DNA from: an uncultured Candidatus Saccharibacteria bacterium
GTDB taxonomy: Bacteria > Patescibacteriota > Minisyncoccia > UBA6257 > 2-01-FULL-56-20
Length of the DNA: 64,000 nucleotides
Assembly: GCA_964365185.1 (NCBI GenBank)
Contig: CAYIOP010000002.1
Location: forward strand, 2,684-66,683
Direction: 5' to 3'
A program made the position numbers and the translations under genes. The notes beneath the pieces were generated by a model that was not told the origin of the DNA, searched no databases, and was given only the letters and a program-made list of their open reading frames with translations. Of this stretch, positions 34,778-45,841 are shown one piece after another. Numbering within the stretch: the stretch's first letter is position 1; each line of letters opens with the position of its first letter.

Positions 34778-36436
34778 TTATTTCAAAACTCGAACGGTTT
34801 TTAGGTACCAGTCCTTTACTCCCAAGAAGCGATCAGCTGGTTCTTCAATCGCGTTGCTTAAAACTCCTTTCAGCTCATTTTGAGAGATATAGATATAATC
34901 TTGGGAAAAAAGAAAAATAGCCGGGTAATCTTCTTTAATTAAAGTCGCTACCTCTCTTAAATCCCCCTTCCGTTTTTCCTGATCTGATTCTTCCTGAAGA
35001 TTTTCTATTAGAGAATCCACCTTTGCGTTTTGATACAAAGCTAAGTTTATTCCCGGATCGAATTTTTGCGAAGAATGCCAGAAATAAAATAAATCCCAAT
35101 CTTTGTTTAGCTCATTCCCATAAAGCAACATTTCGTAATCTCTATTTTTGGTAATTTCTTTGCTTAATAAATCTATTGGTTTGCTCATGAGTTCAATTTT
35201 AAATCCTTCTTTCTCCCAAGCCGTTTTTAAAATCTCGGCGGCTTTCGTTAAAAACGGAATCTCCGGCACGGTTAAACTGATAACGAGAGGTCGCCTTTCT
35301 TTACCAAAAGTTTTATATCTCACCTCCGATTGAAGATTTTCATCTTCTTTTGGAAAAAACCAGCCAGCCTGTTCTAAGATATCGCTGGCTTTTGACTCAC
35401 CGACGGATTCCAAAATTGGAGTCTTGAAGTTATTAAAATTATAAGGCAGGGGACTCACGCGAATCTCGCCTCTGCCAGCCAATATCTCGGTTAATATTTT
35501 TTGTTTTGGAGTCGATACTTCCAAAGATTTTCTAATCGCTTTTTCTCCCAAGGTTTCGTTGCGGCTTTGATTTATAAAAACTGCGTAATAACCGGGGGAT
35601 TTAAATTTAATCTCTTGATTGGGACGTTTAATCTCGGCGAGCTCCTCCGGTTCTAGGCCGCCAAAGCCGTCAATCACTCCTCGATTAAAGGCCTGAATTA
35701 ATCCTTCTCGATCTCGAAAAAATTTAAAAGTAAAATTTTCAATTAGAGCTTCACTGTTGTAATTTTCATTGATTCCCAGCTGGTAATCGCTGATAAAACC
35801 ATCTCGGCCCTTTTTAAAGTTAATCAATTTAAAAACTCCACTTCCGATCGGGCTTAAATTATAATCCGAGATTCTCCAGTTTAAAGTCGGCACGTCTCCG
35901 AAGATATGCTTCGGCAAGATATAAAGATCTTCTAAGTTTTTAAAAAAAGTCGTTGCGGCTTGCCCCGACTTTATCTGAATCTCCAATTCACTTAACCGTT
36001 TTATGAGAACGTCCTGAAATTTATAATAAAGCGGCGAACGAGCATCTTGGTCTTGGATTCTTTGAATAGTAAAAATAATATCATCGCTCGTAAGTTTTTC
36101 GCCATCCGACCATTTTACCCCCTCTTTTATTCTCACCTTCCAATCCTCGTTTTCCAATCTCTCAATTTTATCGGCCACATCTCCCAAGCGGCTGAAAATC
36201 AATCGCACCAAACTCTTGTCAATTTCACTAGTTGCGAGAATAGGATTTATTAAAGTTGGCTGCCCCACAGCCCCTTCAATGTATTCTCCGCCGGCCACTG
36301 GCATCGCCCACGTCGATTTTTTAACCAGCATAATTCCCAGTCCTAAAATTGTCACTAAAGCCGTCACGCCCGCTCCGATCAGTATTTTTTTCTCTCTTTG
36401 GGTTAAAGAAGAATATATTTGTTTAAACTTTTGCAT
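34778..36436 (-). CDS. extracellular solute-binding protein, family 5 (oligopeptide/nickel-type ABC substrate-binding protein)
   Basis: 552 aa, N-terminal TM anchor; overall SBP-5 architecture. No cognate permease/ATPase genes are adjacent. Confidence 0.5.
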   Translation of the reverse strand: MQKFKQIYSSLTQREKKILIGAGVTALVTILGLGIMLVKKSTWAMPVAGGEYIEGAVGQPTLINPILATSEIDKSLVRLIFSRLGDVADKIERLENEDWKVRIKEGVKWSDGEKLTSDDIIFTIQRIQDQDARSPLYYKFQDVLIKRLSELEIQIKSGQAATTFFKNLEDLYILPKHIFGDVPTLNWRISDYNLSPIGSGVFKLINFKKGRDGFISDYQLGINENYNSEALIENFTFKFFRDREGLIQAFNRGVIDGFGGLEPEELAEIKRPNQEIKFKSPGYYAVFINQSRNETLGEKAIRKSLEVSTPKQKILTEILAGRGEIRVSPLPYNFNNFKTPILESVGESKASDILEQAGWFFPKEDENLQSEVRYKTFGKERRPLVISLTVPEIPFLTKAAEILKTAWEKEGFKIELMSKPIDLLSKEITKNRDYEMLLYGNELNKDWDLFYFWHSSQKFDPGINLALYQNAKVDSLIENLQEESDQEKRKGDLREVATLIKEDYPAIFLFSQDYIYISQNELKGVLSNAIEEPADRFLGVKDWYLKTVRVLK

Positions 36437-36504
36437 GTTTAATTTATATAAACTAAATATCGCTCATGTCATTTTTAAGCGAGCTGACCAATTCTAACTT
36501 TAAC

Positions 36505-36717
36505 TTAATTCAAAAATTGAAAAATCGCTAACCCAACAAAAACAACCGCTAAGAAAATTGTGCCTCGAAAAATAGTTTTCTCAAGCCCCCTTCGCGCGTG
36601 GTAATAACCTCCTTCTCCGCCGCCAAAAATGCCAGAAAGGCCAGCCGAACGTTCCTGGAGTAAAATTAAAACTACCAACACGACCGCGACTACGATTTGA
36701 ATAATTGAAATTATCAC
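36505..36717 (-). CDS. secG: preprotein translocase subunit SecG
   Basis: 70 aa, two TMs, LLQERSAGLSGIFGGGEGG glycine-rich loop. Confidence 0.65.
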   Translation of the reverse strand: MIISIIQIVVAVVLVVLILLQERSAGLSGIFGGGEGGYYHARRGLEKTIFRGTIFLAVVFVGLAIFQFLN

Positions 36718-37073
36718 GTTCTTTTTTTGAAAAATAAATGAATTAAGAAATTGGCAATTCCCAAAATAATAGCGGCGTAAAAGATAGTGAGAACCCCATC
36801 AATATTAAGGTTATTTGCTAAGCTGTCAAGAATATAAAGGAGTAGCATATTCACTAAAATTAAACCTAAACCCAGAGTCAAAATAATAAGTGGTCCTAAA
36901 ATCAACTTAAAAATCGGCTTCAAAATAAAGTTAAGCAAGGTAAAAACTAAAGCTACTAAAACCGTTTTCTCGAATCCGCCCGACAAGCTGAATTTCGGCA
37001 AGTATTGGGACATTAAGGTAAATACCCCAGCATTCACTAAGGTCGCAACGATTATTTTTATCAGCCAATGCAT
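36714..37073 (-). CDS. DUF360/holin-4-like small membrane protein
   Basis: 119 aa, 4 TM; overlaps secG by ATGA. Confidence 0.4.
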   Translation of the reverse strand: MHWLIKIIVATLVNAGVFTLMSQYLPKFSLSGGFEKTVLVALVFTLLNFILKPIFKLILGPLIILTLGLGLILVNMLLLYILDSLANNLNIDGVLTIFYAAIILGIANFLIHLFFKKRT

Positions 37074-37092
37074 CTTTATAATATTCTACTAT

Positions 37093-38622
37093 TTAAATTA
37101 TTTCTCTCAAAAGGCTTCTGCCGGTCATCTCATCCGGCTTATTAACACCCATTAATTCCAAAATTGTCGGTGCCACATCCGAGAGCACTCCGATTGTCTC
37201 CGAATTAAAGCTTTGCCAATTAATAAACCTTTTATTTTTAAATTCTTTAGCCACTAAATAAAAAGGCACCGGGTTGGGGTCATGTTGGGTCTCTGCTTCG
37301 CCCGTCAAAGGGTTCATCATTTGTTCCACATTGCCATGGTCTGAAGTAATAATAATTGTTGACTCTGTTTGAATCCCGGTTTTAATCACTCTCCCAATTT
37401 GAGTGTCGATAATTTTTACCGCTTCCAAAGCCGCTTGGTAATTACCAGTATGGCCAATAGTGTCTGGGTTAGCATAGTTGGCTAAAATAAAATCAAAACC
37501 TCTGGCTTCAAGCGATTGAATTATGCGGTCAGTGATTTCTCCAGCCCTTAACTCTGGGTGTTCATCAACGTGCGGCACTTTAATTGAAGGAATAAAAACC
37601 CGGTATTCTTTTGGAAAAGGTTGTTCTATGTAGCCGTTAAAAAAATAAGTTACGTGAGCGTACTTGTAACTCTCGGAAATTCGAAGTTGGGTTTTGTCTG
37701 CCTCGCTCAAAATTCTACCTAAGGGATATTTAATGTCTTCCGGTGGAAACGCCACCGGCACATCAAATTGGTCTTCATATTTAGTCATGGTGGCGATATA
37801 AAAATTCTGGAATTTTTGAGTCGGGAATTTATCAAAATCTTTTAAAATAAACGATTCGCTTATCTGCCGAATGCTATCTTCTCTAAAGTTGAAGAAAATT
37901 ATTGATTCTCCGTCTTTAATTTGGCCATCTTTTTTGAGCGCTAAAGGCGGCAGAAATTCTTCATTTAATTTTTTTTGATAGGTTTCCTGAATAATCGGAC
38001 TCACCTCTTCTGTGATTTCTCGAGCGGGCGAGACCATCGTTTCATAAGCCCTCTCGGTGAGTTTCCAGTTTTTTTCCCTATCCATTGCGTAATAACGGCC
38101 CACTAAAGTCGATAATTTTTCTTTTGGAATTTTATCCAGCGCTTTTTCCAGCCGGAAAGGAGTGGCATCTTTGCCGTCCGAAAAAAGATGGAGCTTAACT
38201 TCCACTCCTTCCTGTTCTCCCATCCGAATTAAAGCCAAGAGGTGATCTAGGGATGAGTGCACTGTCCCTTCGGTTAAAAGTCCAATCAAGTTAACTGCTG
38301 ATTGGTTTTTTTTGGCAAAATCAAAAGCTCCTTTTAAAGCCGGGTTTTTAAAAAAACCTTCATCTTTAATAGAGATAGAAATTCTCGGAAAATATTGATA
38401 AATTACCTTACCAGACCCAATCGTCAAATGTCCCACCTCGCTATTGCCGATTTCTCCCCAAGGTAAACCGACGCTGATTCCCGAGGCCTGCAAACTGGTA
38501 ACCGGAAAGTTTTCCTCGAGCCACCTAAAGGTTTCTGGTTTAACCACGTGAATAGGATTGGATTGGTTTTTCTGCCCTAAGCCCCAACCATCAAGAATGA
38601 TGAGCAAAACAGTTTTTTTCAT
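37093..38622 (-). CDS. gpmI: 2,3-bisphosphoglycerate-independent phosphoglycerate mutase
   Basis: ILDGWG N-terminal motif, GHLTIGSG..., 509 aa, typical iPGM. Confidence 0.9.
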   Translation of the reverse strand: MKKTVLLIILDGWGLGQKNQSNPIHVVKPETFRWLEENFPVTSLQASGISVGLPWGEIGNSEVGHLTIGSGKVIYQYFPRISISIKDEGFFKNPALKGAFDFAKKNQSAVNLIGLLTEGTVHSSLDHLLALIRMGEQEGVEVKLHLFSDGKDATPFRLEKALDKIPKEKLSTLVGRYYAMDREKNWKLTERAYETMVSPAREITEEVSPIIQETYQKKLNEEFLPPLALKKDGQIKDGESIIFFNFREDSIRQISESFILKDFDKFPTQKFQNFYIATMTKYEDQFDVPVAFPPEDIKYPLGRILSEADKTQLRISESYKYAHVTYFFNGYIEQPFPKEYRVFIPSIKVPHVDEHPELRAGEITDRIIQSLEARGFDFILANYANPDTIGHTGNYQAALEAVKIIDTQIGRVIKTGIQTESTIIITSDHGNVEQMMNPLTGEAETQHDPNPVPFYLVAKEFKNKRFINWQSFNSETIGVLSDVAPTILELMGVNKPDEMTGRSLLREII

Positions 38623-38908
38623 GTATTTTGTGAGTAACTCTAATTTTAAAAGATTTTTGGCCGGTTGACTAACTTTAAAATCAGCCCTATACTTTATAGG
38701 TTCCTTTTAAGCGATTTTAATTTCCAGATTGAAGAATGACGGTTAATTCTAGCTTTATTAAATTCTTGAAAAAGCAATAATTCCCTCTTTATTATCAGGG
38801 CGCTTTTTACGTTTAAAAGGTGACACTAACTAAAAAGTCACAAATTTTTTATTCCTAAAAAATTCAAACACTTATCTAAGTTAATGAAGAATTTAGGGAA
38901 TTTATTAC

Positions 38909-40435
38909 ATGTCCGAATTCTTACCCCTTCTTATCGGGGGCGCCTTGGTTCTAGGAGGAGCGGCGGGTTATTTTATTCGCCACATCTTTTTTGCTCGTAA
39001 ATCAAGTTCTATCGAGCATAAAATTATCTCTAAACTTGGAGAAGCCGAAGAGCGGTCAAAAAAAATTATTTTAGAAGCCGAAAGTAAGGCCGTCGATCTT
39101 TTAGGCGACGTTCGGCGTGAAGGTCGCGAACAAAAAACTAAACTTGATAGTTTAGAAGAAAGGATTTTGCACCGAGAGGAAATTTTAGACAAAAAATTAG
39201 TTGCCCTAAGCAACGACGAAAATTCTTTAAAAGCTCAAAAAGAAGAAATCAAGAAAAAAGAATTAGAAATTGAGAATGTCAAAAACGATTTGGAAAGTCA
39301 ACTTGAGAAAACTAGCGGCCTAACTCGAGATGAAGCCCTTAAGCTTTTAACTGGAGAAATTAAAGAAAAATATAGCCGTGATTTAGCCGATTCCATTCAA
39401 AAACTAGAAAAAGAACGAAAAGAAGAAATCGAAAAGAAATCCAGCGAGATTATCGCTTCGAGCTTGGAACGCTATGCCCGATCTCAGGTGGCCGAACTCA
39501 CCACCACCTCTTTTTCTTTGGCGGACGAAGAATTAAAAGGAAAAATTATTGGTCGGGAAGGCAGAAATATCCGAGCGCTCGAAAGAGCCACCGGCGTTGA
39601 ATTTGTAATTGATGAAACTCCAGATAGTGTGGTGATTTCTTCTTTCGATCCCATTCGAAGAGAGGTTGCTCGCATGGCTCTTGAAAAACTAATCAAAGAT
39701 GGCCGCATTCAACCCGCTAAAATTGAAGAAAAAGTTGAAGAAGCCAAACAAGAACTTAATAAACGCATTATGGAAATTGGCGAATCCGCCACTCAGGAAG
39801 TTGGTATCTATGATTTACCCAAAGAAATTATCCAGCTTTTAGGTCGCCTGCATTTTAGAACTAGTTATGGCCAAAACGTCCTCCTCCATTCTATAGAAAT
39901 GTCTTATCTAGCCGGCATGATGGCCTCTGAACTGGGTTTAAATGTAGAAGTCGCTAAAAAAGGCGCCCTGCTTCACGATATAGGCAAAGCTATTGACCAC
40001 GAAGTTGAGGGCACTCACATTGAACTTGGCCGTAAAATTTTGAAAAAATACGGCGTTAACGACTTAGTGATTCAAGCTATGCAATCGCATCATGAAGATT
40101 ATCCCTACGCGATTCCCGAAGCGTACTTAGTCACCACTGCTGATGTTTTGTCGGGCGCGAGGCCTGGCGCCAGGCGTGATTCTCTTGAACATTATATTAA
40201 ACGTCTCGGTGACTTGGAAAAAATTGCCTCTGAATTTCCGGGTGTCAAAACCTCTTACGCTGTTTCCGCTGGTCGGGAACTTAGGGTTTTTGTTGTTCCG
40301 GAAAAAATAGATGACTTTCGGGCGTTGGAGATGGCTCGAGAAATTGCCAATAAGATTCAATCTGAGTTAAAATATCCTGGTGAGATTAAAGTCGTGGTGA
40401 TTCGCGAAATGAGAGCGGTTGAGTATGCCAAGTAA
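38909..40435 (+). CDS. rny: ribonuclease Y
   Basis: N-terminal TM, coiled-coil, KH domain (GKIIGREGRNIRALE), HD domain (LLHDIGKAIDHE...H). Confidence 0.9.
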   Translation: MSEFLPLLIGGALVLGGAAGYFIRHIFFARKSSSIEHKIISKLGEAEERSKKIILEAESKAVDLLGDVRREGREQKTKLDSLEERILHREEILDKKLVALSNDENSLKAQKEEIKKKELEIENVKNDLESQLEKTSGLTRDEALKLLTGEIKEKYSRDLADSIQKLEKERKEEIEKKSSEIIASSLERYARSQVAELTTTSFSLADEELKGKIIGREGRNIRALERATGVEFVIDETPDSVVISSFDPIRREVARMALEKLIKDGRIQPAKIEEKVEEAKQELNKRIMEIGESATQEVGIYDLPKEIIQLLGRLHFRTSYGQNVLLHSIEMSYLAGMMASELGLNVEVAKKGALLHDIGKAIDHEVEGTHIELGRKILKKYGVNDLVIQAMQSHHEDYPYAIPEAYLVTTADVLSGARPGARRDSLEHYIKRLGDLEKIASEFPGVKTSYAVSAGRELRVFVVPEKIDDFRALEMAREIANKIQSELKYPGEIKVVVIREMRAVEYAK

Positions 40436-40442
40436 TTAGATT

Positions 40443-40529
40443 ATAGGTGATAGGTTTTAGAATTTTGGCGCTAAAAAGCAAAATAGTGGAATTTTTCTAA
40501 CACCTAACATCTAACACCTAACCTCTATG
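40443..40529. repeat. heptamer-tract repeat pair in inverted orientation (ataggtgatagg ... ctaacacctaacatctaacacctaacc) immediately upstream of the 40527 start codon
   Basis: Same CACCTAA family as the other heptamer tracts. Confidence 0.4.
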
Positions 40530-41930
40530 TTCCTAAAACTCTCCAAATTTTTTATTTATCTTTCTGTTTTTAGCGTCGTTATTGTTTTGACCTCGACTTT
40601 CTTTCCGTTTATCGGTGGCAAGTATTATTTTTTCCGCGTTTGCGTTGAATTAGCTCTTATTTTCTTTTTACTGTTTTGGGCTTTTGAGGCTCAAGGAAGA
40701 GAAATTCTAGACCGGTTCCGTAAGATTTCTCGAGAGCCACTTTTTATCGCCACCTCCCTTTTTGTTTTGTTTTATCTCTTAGCTTCAATTTTTGCCTATA
40801 ATTCTCACGCTGCTTTCTGGTCCAATTATGAGCGAGGCGAAGGAGGGTTTCAAATGTTCCATTATTACATTTTTTTTGTTTTATTACTTTTGATTCTTAA
40901 AGAACCAAAAGAATGGAAAAATCTTTTTATTTCTTCGGTCGTGGCAGCCGTTTCAATGATCGGCTACGGCCTCTTAGCCAATCTTGGTCTTGTTTCCCAG
41001 TTTATTGATCCATTCATGGGGGAACCTCCTTCCGGGTTTTTAAAACGACTCATTCAGCCCCGATTTCAAGGTTCTTTGGGCAATCCCGCTTATGTCGCCC
41101 CTTATTTAATGTTTGCTATGTTCTATGGCGCCTATCTTTGGATAAGCTCTAAGTGGCGAAAAAATTGGCGACGACATTTATTTTTTGGGGCTCTTATTCT
41201 TTTTTTCTTATCCTTTCTTATACTGTCTCAAACCCGAGGAGCTTTTTTAGGATTAGCCATCGCTATTTTGATTGGGCTAATTTATCTTATCATTAGTTTT
41301 CCGGCCATTAGGAAAAAAACTCTTATAATTCTAGCTGTTTTAATTTTTATTGGAGGCCTTTTAATTGGTTCTCGCCATAATTCTTTTGTTAAAAATCTTC
41401 CTGGCGGGCGATTTTTTGAAATCTTTGATCTCGGTGTTAAAACTGATACGGTTCAAACCCGTTTTTGGACTTGGGGCTCGGCTTGGGCCAGTTTTAAGGA
41501 ACGCCCAATTTTGGGTTGGGGTCCTGAAAATTTTAGTGCGGCTTTTGATAAGTATTTTGATATCCGCCATTATTCTCCAGGCAAAAATTCCGAAACGTGG
41601 TTCGACCGAGCTCACAGCGTTATCTTTGATTACTTAGCTGAAACCGGACTTTTAGGATTTTTAAGCTACCTGAGCATTTTTGTAATTTTCTACTGGAGAG
41701 TTTTTTCTCGCCCCAAAAATAAATCTGAAATGAGAGCTAACTCTCTAGAGCCATCAGGCGATTTAAATTTTAGAAATAATTTTCTTCTTCAAACTCTTTT
41801 CGTTATCCTTCCGATTGGTTATTTGGTTCAAGGCCTAGTTCTTTTCGATGTCTTACCAATTTATGTAAACCTTTTTATCTTTTTAGCGTTCAGCGTTTAC
41901 TTATTTACTTTCTATGAATCAAAATCTTAA
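40527..41930 (+). CDS. O-antigen ligase/polymerase-like polytopic membrane protein
   Basis: ~12 TM; TRGAFLGLAIAILIGL and a large periplasmic loop typical of the Wzy_C/O-antigen-ligase family. Confidence 0.45.
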   Translation: MFLKLSKFFIYLSVFSVVIVLTSTFFPFIGGKYYFFRVCVELALIFFLLFWAFEAQGREILDRFRKISREPLFIATSLFVLFYLLASIFAYNSHAAFWSNYERGEGGFQMFHYYIFFVLLLLILKEPKEWKNLFISSVVAAVSMIGYGLLANLGLVSQFIDPFMGEPPSGFLKRLIQPRFQGSLGNPAYVAPYLMFAMFYGAYLWISSKWRKNWRRHLFFGALILFFLSFLILSQTRGAFLGLAIAILIGLIYLIISFPAIRKKTLIILAVLIFIGGLLIGSRHNSFVKNLPGGRFFEIFDLGVKTDTVQTRFWTWGSAWASFKERPILGWGPENFSAAFDKYFDIRHYSPGKNSETWFDRAHSVIFDYLAETGLLGFLSYLSIFVIFYWRVFSRPKNKSEMRANSLEPSGDLNFRNNFLLQTLFVILPIGYLVQGLVLFDVLPIYVNLFIFLAFSVYLFTFYESKS

Positions 41931-42543
41931 AAAAATCATCGCTATTGTTGCCGGCCTTATTCTTGTTTTTGTCGCTTATTTTGGCAGTTACTTGCCGCTT
42001 CAGAAATCTCATCTTTTTATTAAAACCATGAGAAACCTAAGCCAAATAAATTCTCTTCAAGAGTTTGAAGAAGCAATGTCAACTGTTCTTGAATTTAATT
42101 CGCCGATTGGGCAAGAAGAACTGCTACGTCAGTTTGCCAGCACGATTATCGATGTTATCAATCAACCCAACACCCCCCCCGAAGTTGTAAAAGAACTTAT
42201 TACCTATCTTAATAAATATTATGAACCTATTATTCAAAGTGGCAGTGGCATGAGTTTTAATCAAAATCTTTATGTTTTAGGTACTCTAAATGAGATCGCT
42301 GCCTTAAAAACCCAGAATCCAGAATTTTTATCTGCTGCCAAAACCTATTATCTTAAAAGTTATGAGATTGGCCCAAAACGTCCCCAAGCTTTGTTTGGTC
42401 TTTTTGATATCTATCGGATTGAAGGAAATGTTGAAGAGGTAAAGAAAATCCACGAACAAATTCTTACTCAGTGGCCAGGCGAGAAAAAAACCAAGCAGGC
42501 CTTTGAAGAATTTCTTAGTAAAGTTTCATCTAGTAATCAATAA
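41914..42543 (+). CDS. hypothetical membrane-anchored protein
   Basis: 209 aa, N-terminal TM. Confidence 0.4.
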   Translation: MNQNLKKIIAIVAGLILVFVAYFGSYLPLQKSHLFIKTMRNLSQINSLQEFEEAMSTVLEFNSPIGQEELLRQFASTIIDVINQPNTPPEVVKELITYLNKYYEPIIQSGSGMSFNQNLYVLGTLNEIAALKTQNPEFLSAAKTYYLKSYEIGPKRPQALFGLFDIYRIEGNVEEVKKIHEQILTQWPGEKKTKQAFEEFLSKVSSSNQ

Positions 42544-42676
42544 AAAAAATATTAGGTTTGGCGAAAATGTATCTTTTATCCTCTCGTTTTTTATTGTGTC
42601 ATTTTGCTATCGCATCGAATTTTATGGCAGCGCGTTTTGCCTTGACTTTAAAGCGGTATAGTGATAAAAATTTACC

Positions 42677-43699
42677 ATGCCAAAAGCGATTATAACCGGC
42701 ATCACTGGTCAAGACGGCTCTTACTTAGCCGAGCTTTTACTCTCTAAGGGCTACGAGGTTCATGGTATTATTCGCCGGGCTTCTTCATTTAACACCGGGC
42801 GGATCGATCACATCTATCAAGACCCCCACGAAAAAAATCGCCGGCTCTTTCTTCACTATGGCGATCTTTCTGATGCCAACACAATTCGTCGCCTAATTTA
42901 TAAAGTGGAGCCAGATGAAATCTATAACCTCGGTGCTCAATCTCATGTTCGGGTCAGCTTCGATGTTGCTGAATACACAGTCAATATTGTTGGCGTTGGC
43001 ACACTCCGATTGCTTGAAGCTATTAAAGATTATGAAGAACACGCCGGCAAAAAGGTAAAATTTTATCAGGCCTCATCTTCCGAAATGTTTGGCTCGACCC
43101 CTCCTCCTCAAAATGAAACTACTCCGTTTTATCCGCGAAGCCCGTATGCTTGCGCCAAGGTCTTCGCCTATCACACTACCCGTAATTATCGCGAAGCTCA
43201 TAGCATTTTTGCAGTTAACGGTATTCTCTTTAATCACGAATCAGAACGCCGAGGAGAGACATTTGTAACTAGAAAAATTACCCGTGGTATCGCGAGAATT
43301 TTGGCCGGACTCGACAAAAAACTTTATCTTGGAAATCTTGATGCGCGTCGCGACTGGGGCTACGCTCCTGAATATGTCGAAGCTATGTGGCTGATGCTTC
43401 AACAGCCGACCCCAGAAGATTACGTGATCGGTACTGGCGAAAGTCATAGCGTCAAAGAATTTGCTGAGACCTCTTTTAATTTAGCGGGTCTAAATTGGCA
43501 AGACTACATCGAAATTGATCCTAAATACTACCGTCCGACCGAAGTTGAAAATTTAGTAGCTGATACCACTAAAGCCAAAACCAAACTTGGTTGGGAAGTT
43601 AAAACACATTTTGATAACTTGGTTAAAATAATGTTAAGGCATGATCTTTTGTATCACGGCCTCAAAGAGGCTGCCGATAAAATTAATCTTGAGAGCTAG
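42677..43699 (+). CDS. gmd: GDP-mannose 4,6-dehydratase
   Basis: [37 protein letters not shown]...HYGDLSD; YACAKVFAY. Confidence 0.9.
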   Translation: MPKAIITGITGQDGSYLAELLLSKGYEVHGIIRRASSFNTGRIDHIYQDPHEKNRRLFLHYGDLSDANTIRRLIYKVEPDEIYNLGAQSHVRVSFDVAEYTVNIVGVGTLRLLEAIKDYEEHAGKKVKFYQASSSEMFGSTPPPQNETTPFYPRSPYACAKVFAYHTTRNYREAHSIFAVNGILFNHESERRGETFVTRKITRGIARILAGLDKKLYLGNLDARRDWGYAPEYVEAMWLMLQQPTPEDYVIGTGESHSVKEFAETSFNLAGLNWQDYIEIDPKYYRPTEVENLVADTTKAKTKLGWEVKTHFDNLVKIMLRHDLLYHGLKEAADKINLES

Positions 43700-43742
43700 A
43701 AGAGCTTACAGCTTTTCTGTCGAGTAAAAAATCAATCCGGAA

Positions 43743-43879
43743 TAGCGCTGTTCGGAAATCATATTATACTTAATTTTTTTCTACCGGTTCTCGGAGAGAT
43801 TTTCTGATTTAGACCCTTTGGCTAGGAGGAAAATTTCTTCAAGAACCTACGGTTATTGGGACTTTTCGAACAGCACTAT
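43743..43879. repeat. conserved hairpin element copy B (loop gatttagaccctttggctaggagg) nested in the outer inverted repeat gctgttcggaaa / tttcgaacagc
   Basis: Shares the loop TTGGCTAGGA(G/A)GAAAAT and surrounding sequence with 34640-34740. Confidence 0.4.
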
Positions 43880-43960
43880 CCAGAATTGACAAATAATTTT
43901 AATTATTTATAATAGATTTAGTTGTAAATTTTGTAATTTTAAACATAGAGAGGTGTAGCG

Positions 43961-44749
43961 TTGGAAAAAGAGAAATGCGTTATTGCGACTCAAACTCTCT
44001 ACCGGTCACCCGGTGAAGCTCGAGCCGAACTAGCGATTCAAATGTTTAGGGCTGCCAGCGAACACGGTTTTCATGTGGTTTGCTCTGATGGTGGATCTTA
44101 TGAAGATTTTCGAGACGACACCCGAGATTTAGGAGTTGAATTGTTGGATGAATCAGAATCAGGAATGGGTCCAGGACGACGCCAGGCCATTAAGCGCGCT
44201 ATGGAAGTTGTTGGTCCGGGCGGCGCAGTTTGTTTCATTGAACCAGAAAAAGGGCCTTTAGTGAAACATTTGAATTCTTGCTTTGAACTAATTTCAAAAG
44301 GAGCTGATATCGTTGTGCCTCGTCGATCGCGCCAAAGCTGGAAAACATACCCACGTTTACAACGGCTTAGCGAACCCTTCGGTAATTATTCGTTGGAAAT
44401 GGCAGTTGGTCGGAAAGATCTCGACATTTTCTTTGGGGCGCGGGTGTTTAATGTTCAGGCCGGGGGACTTTTCCTAGAGCGGCGGCCGGATATTCCTGGA
44501 GAAAATTCCTGGGGTACGACTCTCTATCCTGTCATCGATGCTATCCACCGCGGTTTGAAAGTAGTCAGCGTAATCGTAGATTACCTTCACCCCCCCGAGC
44601 AAGCCGCGACCGAAAACAATCTATCTTTCTATACAAGACGACTGGCTCAAATCACTGAGCTTGCAACTGGCACTTTTATTTATGCGATGAAACTTGGTCT
44701 CATTCAAAAAGAATCGGTTTTGATTGATCATTGCCAAAAATCAGTTTGA
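43961..44749 (+). CDS. hypothetical protein (GC-rich; glycan locus)
   Basis: 262 aa; noticeably higher GC than its flanks; no motif recognised. Confidence 0.4.
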   Translation: MEKEKCVIATQTLYRSPGEARAELAIQMFRAASEHGFHVVCSDGGSYEDFRDDTRDLGVELLDESESGMGPGRRQAIKRAMEVVGPGGAVCFIEPEKGPLVKHLNSCFELISKGADIVVPRRSRQSWKTYPRLQRLSEPFGNYSLEMAVGRKDLDIFFGARVFNVQAGGLFLERRPDIPGENSWGTTLYPVIDAIHRGLKVVSVIVDYLHPPEQAATENNLSFYTRRLAQITELATGTFIYAMKLGLIQKESVLIDHCQKSV

Positions 44750-44855
44750 TTCTTCAATCAATGCCCAAACTAATGGACGGACGCCTAAGGAGTTCGTCCA
44801 TTTTTATTCTTGCTTAGGTTAGATGATGATGGTAATCTGAAAACACCTAAAAATT

Positions 44856-45791
44856 ATGGATCTAAAGAAAAAAAAGATTTTAATTACTGGCGCTCACGGT
44901 TTTTTAGGCGGCTTTGTAATTCAAAAACTGCTTGAATTAGGAGTGCCTGACACTAATCTTTATACCCCGACTTTTAAAAAATATGATTTGCGCGAGTGGG
45001 GAAATTGTGAGAGGGTTGTAAAAAATCAGGATCTTGTTATTCATCTCGCGGCTAAAGTCGGCGGGATTGGGTTTAATAAAGAGAACGGCGCCGAACTTTT
45101 TTACGACAACATCATGATGGGCGTTCAGATGATTGAGGCGGCGCGGCTCTCTGGCGCAGAAAAATTTGTGGCTCTTGGTACAGTTTGCGCCTATCCTAAA
45201 TTCACCCCCGTGCCATTTAAAGAAGAAAATCTTTGGAATGGTTACCCAGAAGAGACCAATGCGCCTTACGGAATCGCGAAGAAATCACTACTGGTTCAAC
45301 TTCAATCCTATCGCGATCAATACGGCTTTAACGGTATATTTTTGCTGCCGATAAATTTGTACGGGCCCGGCGATACTTTTGATCCATCCCGTTCTCATGT
45401 TGTGCCCGCTCTTATCAAAAAAGTTTGTGATGCCAAGAAAGAGGGCCACGATCACATTGAGCTTTGGGGAACTGGGAAGGCGACCAGAGGATTTCTATAT
45501 GTTGAGGATGCGGCCGAGGGGATTGTGCTTGCGGCTCAAAAATATGATAAACCCGATCCAGTGAATCTCGGATCATCCCTTGAAATATCAATTAAAGATT
45601 TAGCCGAAATGATCTGCCGCTTAGCAGATTTTAAAGGGGAGATTCGTTGGGATCATTCAAAACCCGATGGCCAGCCAAGGCGATGCCTTGACGTGTCCCG
45701 CGCCGAGAAAGAATTTGGCTTCAAGGCCAATACATCTTTTGAGGATGGTTTGAAGAGGACTATTGATTGGTATGAAAAACATAATGTCTGA
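44856..45791 (+). CDS. fcl: GDP-L-fucose synthase (GDP-4-keto-6-deoxymannose 3,5-epimerase/4-reductase)
   Basis: [12 protein letters not shown] Rossmann; [23 protein letters not shown] matches the canonical NLYGPHDNF...SHV(I/V)PAL. Confidence 0.85.
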   Translation: MDLKKKKILITGAHGFLGGFVIQKLLELGVPDTNLYTPTFKKYDLREWGNCERVVKNQDLVIHLAAKVGGIGFNKENGAELFYDNIMMGVQMIEAARLSGAEKFVALGTVCAYPKFTPVPFKEENLWNGYPEETNAPYGIAKKSLLVQLQSYRDQYGFNGIFLLPINLYGPGDTFDPSRSHVVPALIKKVCDAKKEGHDHIELWGTGKATRGFLYVEDAAEGIVLAAQKYDKPDPVNLGSSLEISIKDLAEMICRLADFKGEIRWDHSKPDGQPRRCLDVSRAEKEFGFKANTSFEDGLKRTIDWYEKHNV

Positions 45792-45841
45792 AGAGTTTGT
45801 AAATATCATAACCACCAGATAAACTCTTAACTTATAATGTA

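Noticed and set aside
38660-38700. TTGACT-N17-TATACT promoter-like sequence ~240 bp upstream of rny
   Set aside because: It is a plausible sigma70-like match, but AT-rich intergenic DNA produces many such matches. It is far from the rny start and cannot be supported without transcript data.
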